Made by a program: the position numbers and the translations under genes
Shown here: in pieces, positions 19,861 to 29,320 of the stretch
Numbering within the stretch: position 1 is the stretch's first letter
How the letters are laid out: each line of letters opens with the position of its first letter
Assembly (NCBI GenBank): GCA_903845195.1
Contig: CAIMWO010000019.1
Span: 56,277 to 120,276, forward strand
Origin: an uncultured Phycisphaerales bacterium
GTDB lineage: Bacteria > Planctomycetota > Phycisphaerae > WQYP01
Direction of reading: 5' to 3'
Length of the DNA stretch: 64,000 bases
The notes under the pieces: model-generated
The model's input: only the letters and a program-made list of their open reading frames with translations
Databases searched by the model: none
What the model was told of the DNA's origin: nothing

Positions 19861-20394
19861 CTAAATCCATCTGAGATTCTCACATCTCAAATCAGCATCC
19901 ATCGGAATTCGGTCGTGGCAAAAACCTGTAGCTGATTGTGCCAACGCGATCGCAATTTCATATATATGATCGACTCCTGAATTCCCACCGCCAGCCGCCT
20001 GCTGTTTACTAATCTGACGATCACGAATCGCAGCGAACTCCGCCGGCAGAGAACCTGTTGTAATCAGGTGCCAAGTTCCCCGATTCAAATTGTGCTCGAT
20101 CGACCAGGTACACACGCCATCGCGCCAGCCGCTCGCCGTACTCTCCATCGAGTGCTCTTCAAACCCGCAAGTGACGACCTCAGTATCCTTTGAAGCCGCC
20201 ATGAGCGTCTTAGGCAGCCTTAGTTGTGGATCATAGAAATTCGAGATCACGAGATACCAACCGGTTGGCAGCCCAACCCCTTGTAGCGTGTCACAGGGGT
20301 CAGACCATTCACCCGTAGATTCTAAGCCCAGCGACTTCAAAACCTGATCGCGCTGACCACCACGAACGCCCAGCCAAAAATTTGAATATCCCAC
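19861..20394 (-). CDS. Hypothetical protein (lower-GC cassette, immunity-like)
   Basis: Globular 3' part of ORF 19861-20754; GTG start after rsgA. Confidence 0.6.
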   Translation of the reverse strand: MGYSNFWLGVRGGQRDQVLKSLGLESTGEWSDPCDTLQGVGLPTGWYLVISNFYDPQLRLPKTLMAASKDTEVVTCGFEEHSMESTASGWRDGVCTWSIEHNLNRGTWHLITTGSLPAEFAAIRDRQISKQQAAGGGNSGVDHIYEIAIALAQSATGFCHDRIPMDADLRCENLRWI

Positions 20395-20476
20395 GAGCAC
20401 ACCCGTTTCACGCAACACTGATTCATCTGAATATAATTCCGATCCCCCGTTCTCTCCAACGTCTTCTGCAATCTTT

Positions 20477-21760
20477 TCACCGCCCCCACTCCCGCTGCCG
20501 CTTCTTATCCAAAGCCGCCGTCGCCCGCTTCGCCAACTTCTTCTGCTTCCGCCCGGTGATGCGGTTTTCGCGCTGGGCCAAAACCGCCACCTCCCGCTGC
20601 AACTTCTGGTAACTCTCGAACCGCCCCGCTTCCAACTCGCCACGCTCCAGCGCACCCTTGATCGCGCACCCCGGCTCCGTCTCATGCCGGCAATCCGTAA
20701 ATTTACACTGCGCCGCCAGCGCCTCCACATCGCCAAACGTCCCCAGCAACGCATCCGTCGCCTCGCCCAGCGAAAGCCCCCGCAGCCCCGGCGTATCGAT
20801 GATCAATCCCCCCGCCGCGGTCCGGATCAAATGCCGGAACGTCGTGCAGTGCCGCCCCTTGTCATCGAGATCCCGCGTCTCCATCATGTCCTGAATGTCC
20901 GCCTCCGCCAGGTGATTCACCAGCGTGCTCTTGCCCACCCCCGAACTGCCCAGCACCACCGCCGTCGTCCCCGGCTTCAGATATTCCTTCACCGCATCCA
21001 TCCCCGCCCCCGTCACCACGCTCACCACATGAATCGCAATCCCCTCGCCGCCAACGCGCCGCACCTCCGCCACAAACGGCCCCGCGTCCGCACACAAATC
21101 CCCCTTCGTCAGCAACACCACCGGCCGCGCCCCCGCATCCCGCGCCAGCGTGATGTACCGCTCCAACCGCCGCAAATTAAAATTCTCGTTCAGCGACGTC
21201 CCCAAAAACGCCACATCCACATTCACCGCCAGAATCTGATCGTCCCCGCCCGCCGCCCCCTCCAGCCGCCGCACCAGCACCGTCCGCCGCGGCAATATCC
21301 GCGTAATCACCAGCGACCCGCCCGCGCTCTTCTCATTCCGGGTGCCATGCCCAGTGGGGTCGGGGCCCCGCTGGGCATGTTTCCCAGCGGCCACCGCATT
21401 CAGTTTCTCCCTCTCCTCCATTTCGCGTTTCGCGCCGCCCGTTTCCTGTTTCGCGTTTCGCGTTTCGTCTTTCGCGTTTCCTATATCGCGTTTCTCCTCC
21501 ATCCCCCGCAGCGTCACCCAATCCCCCACCGCCGGAAAGTCCGCCCGCACGGCCCCCTCATGGCGCATCTTGCCGGAAATCTCCGCCCACAATCGCCCCG
21601 CCGCCGTCTGCACCAGGTACGCCTCGCGATGTTCCTGGATGACGCGCGCAATCGTATCGTGTTGCACATCCTCTTCCAGCGTCGCCAGCATCGCCGCGAA
21701 CCACTCATTCCAACCATATTGTTCCAGATGCAACAAAGCCCAATTCCTCCAATCCCCCAT
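20477..21760 (-). CDS. rsgA: Ribosome small subunit-dependent GTPase A, with a repeat-derived insert
   Basis: AVGDWV, TKGDL, GSSGVGKS, DTPG, CKFTDCRHETEPGC; start approximate. Confidence 0.95.
   Translation of the reverse strand: MGDWRNWALLHLEQYGWNEWFAAMLATLEEDVQHDTIARVIQEHREAYLVQTAAGRLWAEISGKMRHEGAVRADFPAVGDWVTLRGMEEKRDIGNAKDETRNAKQETGGAKREMEEREKLNAVAAGKHAQRGPDPTGHGTRNEKSAGGSLVITRILPRRTVLVRRLEGAAGGDDQILAVNVDVAFLGTSLNENFNLRRLERYITLARDAGARPVVLLTKGDLCADAGPFVAEVRRVGGEGIAIHVVSVVTGAGMDAVKEYLKPGTTAVVLGSSGVGKSTLVNHLAEADIQDMMETRDLDDKGRHCTTFRHLIRTAAGGLIIDTPGLRGLSLGEATDALLGTFGDVEALAAQCKFTDCRHETEPGCAIKGALERGELEAGRFESYQKLQREVAVLAQRENRITGRKQKKLAKRATAALDKKRQREWGR
21339..21384. repeat. REP-like palindrome inside rsgA; family also at 28771, 62019, 62226 and 62904
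   Basis: cgggtgccatgcccagtgggg..ggggccccgctgggcatg. Confidence 0.9.
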
Positions 21761-21839
21761 TCTACCCGAGCCGCCCCCACAAATGATCAATTGCCGCGCT
21801 CCGTACCGTTGCCCTCAATAGCGTTCGAGGCCGAACGCA

Positions 21840-23033
21840 TCAGTCCCTTCGTTGCGCCTGCAGTACAACTGAAATGTCGTCGACAGGTCCGTTCTGCTCG
21901 ATCCGCGGAAGACTCGCCAGAAACTCCGGCCCGCATCCGTCGATCCACAGCCACTTCCCATCAAACTTCTTGGGGCGAAGCAGCAGATTTCGCCGGACAA
22001 AGTAGCTTACCAATAGGCAGCACCAAATAACTACGATCATGGGCACTACAATTCCCACCTCTTCATCGTGCATACCATAAATTAGAAACAGGAATACGCC
22101 GGCGCTCAGAACTCCAGCCCCGATTGAGCACAAGACCCACATATGCTTTGCCCATCTGTGGCGTGTGCATAAATGGGCCTTGATCTCAACGATCGTGCCG
22201 ATTCTGCAATACCCGAAAATAGCATCCAATTTGCGAGCCAGGACCAAGCCGATAATCAATCCCACAAGCCCATGCAGCCCAACATCTCCTTCATTACCGT
22301 AAAGTAATCGCTCGGGTCGTAGTTGTGCGCCATCACGATTGCACACGGCACATCGTTCCGGCAATTCGGCGCCATGGATCACCGCCAGGCGTTTTCCGTC
22401 CGTGCCGAATTGACTATCGTCCTCCTCAAACACGGTTGCACCCACCGTGGTCGGGGCCGCAGTTTCAGTTCCATCGATCTCGGCATATTGAACGCCTTGC
22501 CGAATAATAGTCCCATCAACGTCCTGGCCCTTCAGATATTCATATGCCGTTACGGCATTCCTAATCCCCAAAATCTTGACGAGCTTCGCAAGCCTGTTTA
22601 CACCCGATACCTCTTCGTCCGACTCTTGATTGAGCGCCTCTCGCAATGCATCTGCCGTACCGCCGCAGGTTCTCGCGAGGACCTCTGAATCCCCTGACAA
22701 CTGCTGCTCTAGTTCGCCTGTGTCTTCGCCGTAGAAATATCCGGGTTGGGAGCAATACGTATCTACCAGCTTCCCATTCTCCCAGACCCAATATTCCAGA
22801 ACATCATCGTCATGCACCATCAATTGCATCACTACCCCGCCCACCTTGTCCGCCACCCCCAGGCCAAACTCTTCGTCCTGTCCATATCCTTCAGAGTAGA
22901 CCCCCACCCACCCTGCCGACGCCGGACCCACGAGACATCGAATCCCACGCGCCCGCGCCACCTCCGTTGCTATGTGCAAAACCCGCTCTCGTTCTTGGGT
23001 CTTCACTTGCACGCATCCGTAACTCTCGCGCAT
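21840..23033 (-). CDS. Hypothetical two-domain protein (acidic N-domain plus Cys/His-containing membrane C-domain)
   Basis: 397-aa ORF; LPERCAVCN...HLCTRH followed by TM helices. Confidence 0.65.
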   Translation of the reverse strand: MRESYGCVQVKTQERERVLHIATEVARARGIRCLVGPASAGWVGVYSEGYGQDEEFGLGVADKVGGVVMQLMVHDDDVLEYWVWENGKLVDTYCSQPGYFYGEDTGELEQQLSGDSEVLARTCGGTADALREALNQESDEEVSGVNRLAKLVKILGIRNAVTAYEYLKGQDVDGTIIRQGVQYAEIDGTETAAPTTVGATVFEEDDSQFGTDGKRLAVIHGAELPERCAVCNRDGAQLRPERLLYGNEGDVGLHGLVGLIIGLVLARKLDAIFGYCRIGTIVEIKAHLCTRHRWAKHMWVLCSIGAGVLSAGVFLFLIYGMHDEEVGIVVPMIVVIWCCLLVSYFVRRNLLLRPKKFDGKWLWIDGCGPEFLASLPRIEQNGPVDDISVVLQAQRRD

Positions 23034-23228
23034 TGGGGAACTCCTCTTGATGTCTACCCGGCCAAGCCCCCGATGTCACAGGACACTCCTCAATGCGCAA
23101 CATTATGATGCCGGTCTCAAGTACGGGCAACGCTGCATTAGCTCTCATCCCAAAAGATGCGCGTGGAGCCTTCCCAACCTCGCGTCTCGAAGTCCCAATT
23201 AACCATTTAACAACTTAACCCCTTAACC

Positions 23229-23280
23229 AAAAAAAGAAGGCCGCGGGAGCATGTCTGTAGCTGGTGCTCCCAGCGGCCTC
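23229..23280 (-). terminator. Probable intrinsic terminator
   Basis: ggccgcgggagca/tgctcccagcggcc stem with an A-run on the + strand. Confidence 0.5.
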
Positions 23281-23340
23281 GGCGGAGGAGGAATTGACCA
23301 CCCCACCCCTCATCCCTCTATTTTCTCCCCTCCCTCCTGA

Positions 23341-23461
23341 AATTCAGAATTCAGAAGTTAGAATGCCGTCCCCGTCTTCTTGCTTCTTTATTCTTGCTTC
23401 TTGCTTCTTCGCACCAACGTCGCCCCCCATTCTGAATTCCGAACTCTGAATTCTGAATTCC
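23341..23461. repeat. Heptamer (AATTCAG/CTGAATT) tandem repeat family; also near 24388, 24969, 25572, 30162, 31770, 32264, 33474, 38042, 39474, 40422, 44885 and 45153
   Basis: Directly visible 7-mer tracts translating as NSEFRIQ. Confidence 0.9.
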
Positions 23462-23474
23462 GCCCCCCCCGCCC

Positions 23475-23799
23475 TCACGCCACCCGCAGTTCTCGCCTAA
23501 GCGCCAGCGACGGATGCGCCGTGATCGACAGCGACTGCGCCGAATTCTCCGGCACCCACAGCACGCTCCCGTTCCCAATCACCCGCGTTCGCAAGTCCCG
23601 GTCCTCCACATCATCGATCACAAAAAAAGCATACCGATGCTTCCCCGGCGGCAGATCGATGATGCGCTCCCAAAGATCAGCCCCCACCTGCACCAAGGGA
23701 TGTGCATTGGAATGCCAATTGTTGAAATCACCCAAGATCGCCACGTGCCGCGCACTGGGCACCCGAATTCGAATCGTATGCGGTACTAAAACGTTCATG
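23475..23799 (-). CDS. CBM48 / glycogen-binding early-set domain protein
   Basis: ARHVAILGDFNNW and LPPGKHRYAFFV motifs. Confidence 0.85.
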
Positions 23800-24432
23800 T
23801 TTTTCCTCGTTTCTTTGCCGCCATCCCGCATCGCAATCCCGCTTTATCTAAAAAACAGGATCACAACCCCGGCAACAGCAGCCGTCGCGCCTCCACGGCG
23901 CCTAACCTAACTCTTTGTCATTTCAATAATTTGTGCGTTACATCAAGATTCCGTGTGCCTGCATCTCACCGACACATGCAACACCACATTCGCCCCGCAC
24001 AAGGCCGCCCGCCGCAGACCGCAGCAAGCATATTAGAGGATGACCCAACCAACTTCATAAACTAAACACCTACTATTCCTATCAAAAAAGTAGGATATCG
24101 GCGACCCAGCCCCTTGTCAACATCCTCTTATTCGAAAACTCCCTCCGCCGGAGACCATCAAATTCCCCACAGGTCGAACCCCTCCCTCACAAGAAATCTC
24201 AAAACGGAGGGATCCGCCGATGAACGCCGAGAAACGCCGATGTCGGACATAATCCAAAAAATATCTGCGTTCATCCGCGTTCATCGGCGGTTTCCCTCGC
24301 CAAGTCTCGAAGCCACGAACCAACACCCACGCCCCAAAAATTTGTGCCCATTTGTGCCCATTTGTGGTCCCGTCCCGTCGTCCCCCCATTCTGAATTCCG
24401 AACTCTGAATTCTGAATTCCGCCCACCCCCGC

Positions 24433-24894
24433 CTACACCGGAAACCCCCGCCCCACTCTCGGCTTTCCCGTCTTCCGCCAGACGATCGCCAAGCACCCCG
24501 CAGCAATTCCTGTGGGAAACCAGAGCGGAAAAGTAATAATCCACCTCTGAAACGGTGTGGTTGTCTCGCGCCACGCAAAACCGCGCAACAGCAACCCCGC
24601 CGTTTGCCAATCAAGAACGAATTGATGACGGTGCGCGCTTACGCGCCAGCCGGGATCCAAGAGGTCGCTATCGGGAAGTAGCAAGCGTTCCGTATACAGC
24701 AAGCTCATGTTTCCGTAACCGACGCGGAAGTACCAACCTTGGAAATCGTCTTCAAGGAGCGAGGCAACCGGAGCTCCCGCACGCCGGATCATGCCGACCA
24801 CTTGCATGTCAACCACATAACTCGCAGCCCACGTCCCCGCGCATAACAACAGCGCGCCCAGAAAAAATCCCCGAATCACCAACCGCCTGCTCAT
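24433..24894 (-). CDS. Membrane protein with a C-terminal RGFPV tail
   Basis: N- and C-terminal TM segments, PLWFP, basic tail. Confidence 0.65.
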   Translation of the reverse strand: MSRRLVIRGFFLGALLLCAGTWAASYVVDMQVVGMIRRAGAPVASLLEDDFQGWYFRVGYGNMSLLYTERLLLPDSDLLDPGWRVSAHRHQFVLDWQTAGLLLRGFAWRETTTPFQRWIITFPLWFPTGIAAGCLAIVWRKTGKPRVGRGFPV

Positions 24895-25090
24895 TCCCCC
24901 ATCCTACCCGCCCCCCAAAAATTTGTGACCATTTGAGCCCATTCGTGGTCCCCTCCCGTCGTCCCCCCATTCTGAATTCCGAACTCTGAATTCTGAATTC
25001 CGCCCCTCCCGCGGCCCACGGCCCACGAATCACGGCCCACGATCCGCCGCCCACTAGCCGCCAACCACCCCCCACCGTTACACTGCCCCC

Positions 25091-26014
25091 ATGAACGATA
25101 CCCCCTTATTAACACCCTTCCCCCGCGTCGCCATCCTCGGCGTCGGTCTCCTCGGCGCCTCCCTCGGCCTCGCACTCAAAAAACGCCAACTCGCCACACG
25201 CGTCCTCGGCGTCGGCCGCGCCAACTCCCCCTCCCTCCAAACCGCCCTCGACCGCCACGCCATCGACGAATCCTTCACCGACCCCGTCGCCGCTTGCCAA
25301 TCCCTCGCCGCCGGCGACCTCATCGTCCTCGCCACCCCCGTCCGCCAATTCCCCGACATGCTCCAGCGCATCGCCCCCCACCTTCCCCCCGGTGTCCTCA
25401 TCACCGACGTCGGCTCCACCAAATCTCAGGTCCTCCAATGGGCCCACGACCTCCTCCCCAACACCGTCCACTTCGTCGGCTCACACCCCATGGCCGGCAG
25501 CGAACAAAAAGGCCCCGCCGCCGCCCGCGACGACCTCTACGAAAACGCAGTCTGCCTCGTCTGCAAAACCCATTCAGAATCCAGCATTCAGAATTCAGAA
25601 TTATCCCCCACCGCTCGCATCACCGCCCTCTGGACCGCCCTCGGCATGCGCGTCATCCCCACCGACGCCGCCACCCACGACCGCTGGGTCGCCACCATCT
25701 CCCATCTCCCCCACGCCCTCGCCGCCGCACTCGTCAACACCGCCGCCGCCGACCCCGCCTCCCTCCAATCCATCGCCGGCGGTTTCCTCGACACTACCCG
25801 CATCGCCGCCGGCGACACCACCATGTGGACCGACATCTTCCTCACCAACCGCCCCGCCGTCCTCGCCGCCATCGACCAGTTCGCCCAACAACTCCAAACC
25901 TTCCGCACCGCCATCGCCAACAACGACGAACCCGCCATCCGAAAATCCCTCGACTCCGCCCGCACCACCCGCCAATCCCTCGCCGACCCGCGCAACAAGA
26001 GGAACTCCGAATGA
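25091..26014 (+). CDS. tyrA: Prephenate/arogenate dehydrogenase
   Basis: GVGLLGAS, DVGSTK, SHPMAGSE, ISHLPH, DTTRIA. Confidence 0.95.
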   Translation: MNDTPLLTPFPRVAILGVGLLGASLGLALKKRQLATRVLGVGRANSPSLQTALDRHAIDESFTDPVAACQSLAAGDLIVLATPVRQFPDMLQRIAPHLPPGVLITDVGSTKSQVLQWAHDLLPNTVHFVGSHPMAGSEQKGPAAARDDLYENAVCLVCKTHSESSIQNSELSPTARITALWTALGMRVIPTDAATHDRWVATISHLPHALAAALVNTAAADPASLQSIAGGFLDTTRIAAGDTTMWTDIFLTNRPAVLAAIDQFAQQLQTFRTAIANNDEPAIRKSLDSARTTRQSLADPRNKRNSE

Positions 26015-26175
26015 CGACGTCACACGATCTTTCAATTGCATTCCTGCTCATCGTCGGCGGCCTGATTTCGGCCATGATGTGCGGCATCGGCCAGATCCTC
26101 TTCTTACTGCTCCGTCGAAAGAAAACTTCGCAAGGCTTTCCGGTCGATCCCCGCGCCAAGGGGAACACCGAATGA
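26011..26175 (+). CDS. Micro membrane protein 1 (54 aa, GFPxD tail)
   Basis: MTTSHDLSIAFLLIVGG...RRKKTSQGFPVDPRAKGNTE; ATGA overlap with tyrA. Confidence 0.75.
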   Translation: MTTSHDLSIAFLLIVGGLISAMMCGIGQILFLLLRRKKTSQGFPVDPRAKGNTE

Positions 26176-26339
26176 CCGAAAATATGACTCCTCTATTACT
26201 GGTCCTCGCCGCCGCCTTTGCGCTGATGGCCCTCATTACCGTGGGCCTCCTGTTCTTCGTGCGATTCTTGCCGCTCTACCGGAAAACGTCGCCGAACGGT
26301 TTTCCGGTCGATCTCCGCGACAAAAGGAACTCCGAATGA
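26172..26339 (+). CDS. Micro membrane protein 2 (55 aa)
   Basis: MTENMTPLLLVL...RKTSPNGFPVDLRDKRNSE; ATGA overlap. Confidence 0.75.
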   Translation: MTENMTPLLLVLAAAFALMALITVGLLFFVRFLPLYRKTSPNGFPVDLRDKRNSE

Positions 26340-26503
26340 TGGTTCAAGTAGTGCCAGTGCGGCTCATCATCGTCCTGTTCTCCTGCGGCTTCCTGCTGGC
26401 CGTCATCGTCGGAATCGGTGCACTCCTCTTCTTCCTCCTCCGTCCCAAAAACCCCTCCCAAGGCTTCCCCCTCGATCCCCGCGACAAAGGGAGTTCCAAC
26501 TGA
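26336..26503 (+). CDS. Micro membrane protein 3 (55 aa)
   Basis: MMVQVVPVRLII...RPKNPSQGFPLDPRDKGSSN (manual translation). Confidence 0.75.
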   Translation: MMVQVVPVRLIIVLFSCGFLLAVIVGIGALLFFLLRPKNPSQGFPLDPRDKGSSN

Positions 26504-26655
26504 TGGGCTTTCTCTTCCTCCTTCTCCTACTCGCCACCGGCTTCTTCCTGGCCGTCCTCCTCGGTGTCGGCCTACTCCTCTTCTTCCAACTCCACCGAAA
26601 AAAAGCCCCCCAAGGCTTCCCCATCGATCTCCACAACCAAGGGAGAACCAAATGA
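26503..26655 (+). CDS. Micro membrane protein 4 (50 aa)
   Basis: MGFLFLLLLL...HRKKAPQGFPIDLHNQGRTK; TGATG overlap. Confidence 0.75.
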   Translation: MGFLFLLLLLATGFFLAVLLGVGLLLFFQLHRKKAPQGFPIDLHNQGRTK

Positions 26656-26801
26656 TGGGCATTCTCGTCGTCCTACTCGCCGCCAGCCTCTTGCTCGCGG
26701 TCCTCGTCGGCATCAGCGTGCTCCTCTACGTCCTGCTCCACCGCAAGCAAGATCCACAAGGCTTCCCCATCGATCTCCACACCAAGAGGAACACCCAATG
26801 A
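26652..26801 (+). CDS. Micro membrane protein 5 (49 aa)
   Basis: MMGILVVLLAA...HRKQDPQGFPIDLHTKRNTQ. Confidence 0.75.
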   Translation: MMGILVVLLAASLLLAVLVGISVLLYVLLHRKQDPQGFPIDLHTKRNTQ

Positions 26802-26958
26802 TCACAACTTCGCCGTCGCATGGCCATGAACACCACCAAGTCACCAAGACACCAAGACACTTATTGTTTTTATCTGAAAAGCTTGGTGTCTTGGTGCCTT
26901 GGTGGTTGAACTCCGTCCTCGTTTCCGGAATGACCCCCGCAATACGCGCGGTGCACTG

Positions 26959-27639
26959 ATGGCCGGCGCCCTCTACATCTGGATCATGCTCGGCTTCTTC
27001 ACCTGCGCCGCCGCCCTCATCCTCCTCATCACCGCCCTGCTCTACCTCGGCCATTGGTACCAGAAAAAAACCACCGGCGCCACCCACGGCTTCCTCGAAA
27101 AACCCCCCGACCCCCCAAAATCTCCTGCCACACCTCGTCAGAAAACTCCAGCGGTTCTTTCCATAGGCATCGAAGCGCACCTTGAAGAAGATTCGATTCG
27201 AAAAGTTCTTACAGAGTTATTTTCGAAACAACGCGTTCGCTCGCACAACGAGCTACTCGAGGAAACAGGTTCGCTGCCTTGGGAAGAAATCGCGGATATT
27301 GAGTTTTCCTTGAGCCATCCTCCGAAGGGCGAATTACAGACGGTTCTCGATTTGACAATGTATCGGCACACGGATCAAGATCTGCATCATCTCAACGTAA
27401 TGATTGCAGGCAATCTGGCGCGCTTGCTCAACTGCCGTGCGTATTGTGATGGCAGCGGGTATGTCAAAGATCTCACGCCATACAGTGGCTTGATGTTTGC
27501 ACCGGATGGCACGTGTTGGCTTGCGGATGACTCGAACACCGATTTCGCCGACGGTACTGGCGGCTCCATCCGGCTGGTGAAACAGCTCGAAATCGAAATT
27601 CCGCCTATGCCCCCCACAGATGAAACACCCGGGAAATGA
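26959..27639 (+). CDS. Hypothetical protein: array-like TM unit fused to a lower-GC globular domain
   Basis: MAGALYIW...QKKTTGATHGF then a composition shift near 27130. Confidence 0.55.
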   Translation: MAGALYIWIMLGFFTCAAALILLITALLYLGHWYQKKTTGATHGFLEKPPDPPKSPATPRQKTPAVLSIGIEAHLEEDSIRKVLTELFSKQRVRSHNELLEETGSLPWEEIADIEFSLSHPPKGELQTVLDLTMYRHTDQDLHHLNVMIAGNLARLLNCRAYCDGSGYVKDLTPYSGLMFAPDGTCWLADDSNTDFADGTGGSIRLVKQLEIEIPPMPPTDETPGK

Positions 27640-27683
27640 GTATGCGAAGTTATAATGACTCGATCTAAGACAAGAGACGAGAG

Positions 27684-28106
27684 ATGCCGACCCTGAAATC
27701 GAAAACCTCCCGCAAACTCCCCACCACCATGGCCGCACTCGTGGCCCTCTTCCCGCCGCGCGCCATCCACGACAACGTCAGCTACGACAACACCCAGGAA
27801 ATCATCGACCACCTGCTGTCCGTACCGCACCGCACCCGCGATCAGGATCTCTACCTCGACACGCTCACCGTATTGCTCGAAGCCTATGAAGATGAGCACG
27901 AAGCCCTCGATCCCGCCGAAGTCTCACCCCTCGAAGCGCTGCGCACGCTCGTCAGCGAACACGCCATGACCCCCACCCACCTCGGCGAAATCCTCGGCGA
28001 CCGCTCGCTGGGCACACGCATCCTCAAGGGCCAACGCGAACTCTCCAAAGCCCACATCCGCGCCCTCGCTGCCCACTTCCACGTCAGCCCGGCGCTCTTC
28101 CTGTAA
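27684..28106 (+). CDS. higA: HigA-like HTH antitoxin (no adjacent toxin)
   Basis: LLEAYEDEH and ILKGQRELSKAHIRALAAHFHVSPALF motifs. Confidence 0.85.
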   Translation: MPTLKSKTSRKLPTTMAALVALFPPRAIHDNVSYDNTQEIIDHLLSVPHRTRDQDLYLDTLTVLLEAYEDEHEALDPAEVSPLEALRTLVSEHAMTPTHLGEILGDRSLGTRILKGQRELSKAHIRALAAHFHVSPALFL

Positions 28107-28116
28107 GGCCCCGCCC

Positions 28117-29190
28117 ATGCATATCCCCGACGGATTCCTCGACCCCAAAACCGCCCTCGCCACCGGCATCCTCGCCGCCGCCGGCCTCGCCGTCGCACTC
28201 CGCCAAACTCACAAAAATCTCCCCCGCAAACAAATCCCCCTCCTCGGCCTCTCCGCCGCCTTCGTCTTCACCGCCCAAATGCTCAACTTCCCCGTCGCCG
28301 GCGGCACCTCCGGCCACCTCATCGGCGCCGTCCTCACCGCCGCCCTCCTCGGCCCCAGTGCCGCCGTCATCGTCATCTCCTGCGTCCTCATCGTCCAATG
28401 CTTTATGTTCGCCGACGGCGGCATCACCACCCTCGGCGCCAACATCTTCAACATGGCCCTCGTCGGCGGCGTCGGCGGCTGGACCCTCTACCACCTCCTC
28501 ACCCGCATCTTCCCCGGCCTCTTCGGCCGCATCCTCGGCGCCACCTTCGCCGCCTGGGCCTCCACCGTCCTGGCCTCCATCGCCTGCGCCGGCCAACTCG
28601 CCGCCTCTGGCACCGTCACCTGGTCCCTCGCCTTCCCCACGATAGCCGGCATCCACGCTCTCATCGGCATCGGCGAAGGACTCATCACCGCACTCGTCCT
28701 CGCCGCCATCGCCCGCACCCGCCCCGACCTCCTCGGCCTCCCACCCGAAACGTGCCCAACAACTCCATCACGGGTGCCATGCCTTACGGGGCAGGGGCCC
28801 GAGGGGGGGCGTCAGGCATGCGTTGACCAGCCCTCTGCCGAAAAATCTTCCACACCTCCCTCTACCTCCACCCCCGCCCCTCAACCCTACGCCTCCCTCC
28901 TCGCCTACGGCCTCCTCATCACCCTCGGCCTGGCCCTCTTCATCTCCCCCCTCGCCTCCACCTGGCCCGACGGCCTCGACCGCGCCGCCCAATCCCTCGG
29001 CTTCCATCACCTCGAATCCACCACCCGCCCCCTTCCCGCCCCCGCCCCCGACTACAAAATCCCCGGCCTCCCCTCCGGCCCCCTCGCCACCTCTCTGACC
29101 GCCGCCCTCGGCTCCCTCCTCGTCTTCACCCTCTCCTACCTCCTCGCCCACTCCCTCACCCGCCAAACCAAATCGAACCCCAAGCATTAA
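28117..29190 (+). CDS. cbiM: Co/Ni ECF substrate component CbiM/NikM fused to a PDGLE domain
   Basis: MHIPDGFL, GTSGHLIG, FADGG, HALIGIGEG, WPDGLD, PDY. Confidence 0.9.
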   Translation: MHIPDGFLDPKTALATGILAAAGLAVALRQTHKNLPRKQIPLLGLSAAFVFTAQMLNFPVAGGTSGHLIGAVLTAALLGPSAAVIVISCVLIVQCFMFADGGITTLGANIFNMALVGGVGGWTLYHLLTRIFPGLFGRILGATFAAWASTVLASIACAGQLAASGTVTWSLAFPTIAGIHALIGIGEGLITALVLAAIARTRPDLLGLPPETCPTTPSRVPCLTGQGPEGGRQACVDQPSAEKSSTPPSTSTPAPQPYASLLAYGLLITLGLALFISPLASTWPDGLDRAAQSLGFHHLESTTRPLPAPAPDYKIPGLPSGPLATSLTAALGSLLVFTLSYLLAHSLTRQTKSNPKH

Positions 29191-29222
29191 CGAGCCCGAA
29201 GCGTCAGCGCCGGGCCGCCCCC
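29189..29222. repeat. ACGAGCCCGAAGCGTCAGCGCCGGGCC repeat; also at about 30679, 38092 and 39420
   Basis: Four near-identical copies. Confidence 0.85.
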
Positions 29223-29320
29223 AACCTCATCGCCCCTCCTCTGTGATAATTGAAAATTGACAATTGAAAATTGCGTCATTGGTCATTGGTCATTGCGTCA
29301 TTGGTCATTCGCCCCCGCCC

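Noticed and set aside
20395-20754. N-terminal extension of ORF 19861-20754
   Set aside because: Alternative frame of the rsgA 3' end
25985-26801. CRISPR-like repeat-spacer array
   Set aside because: Repeats are degenerate, the spacers are 120+ bp homologous coding sequences, and no cas genes are present
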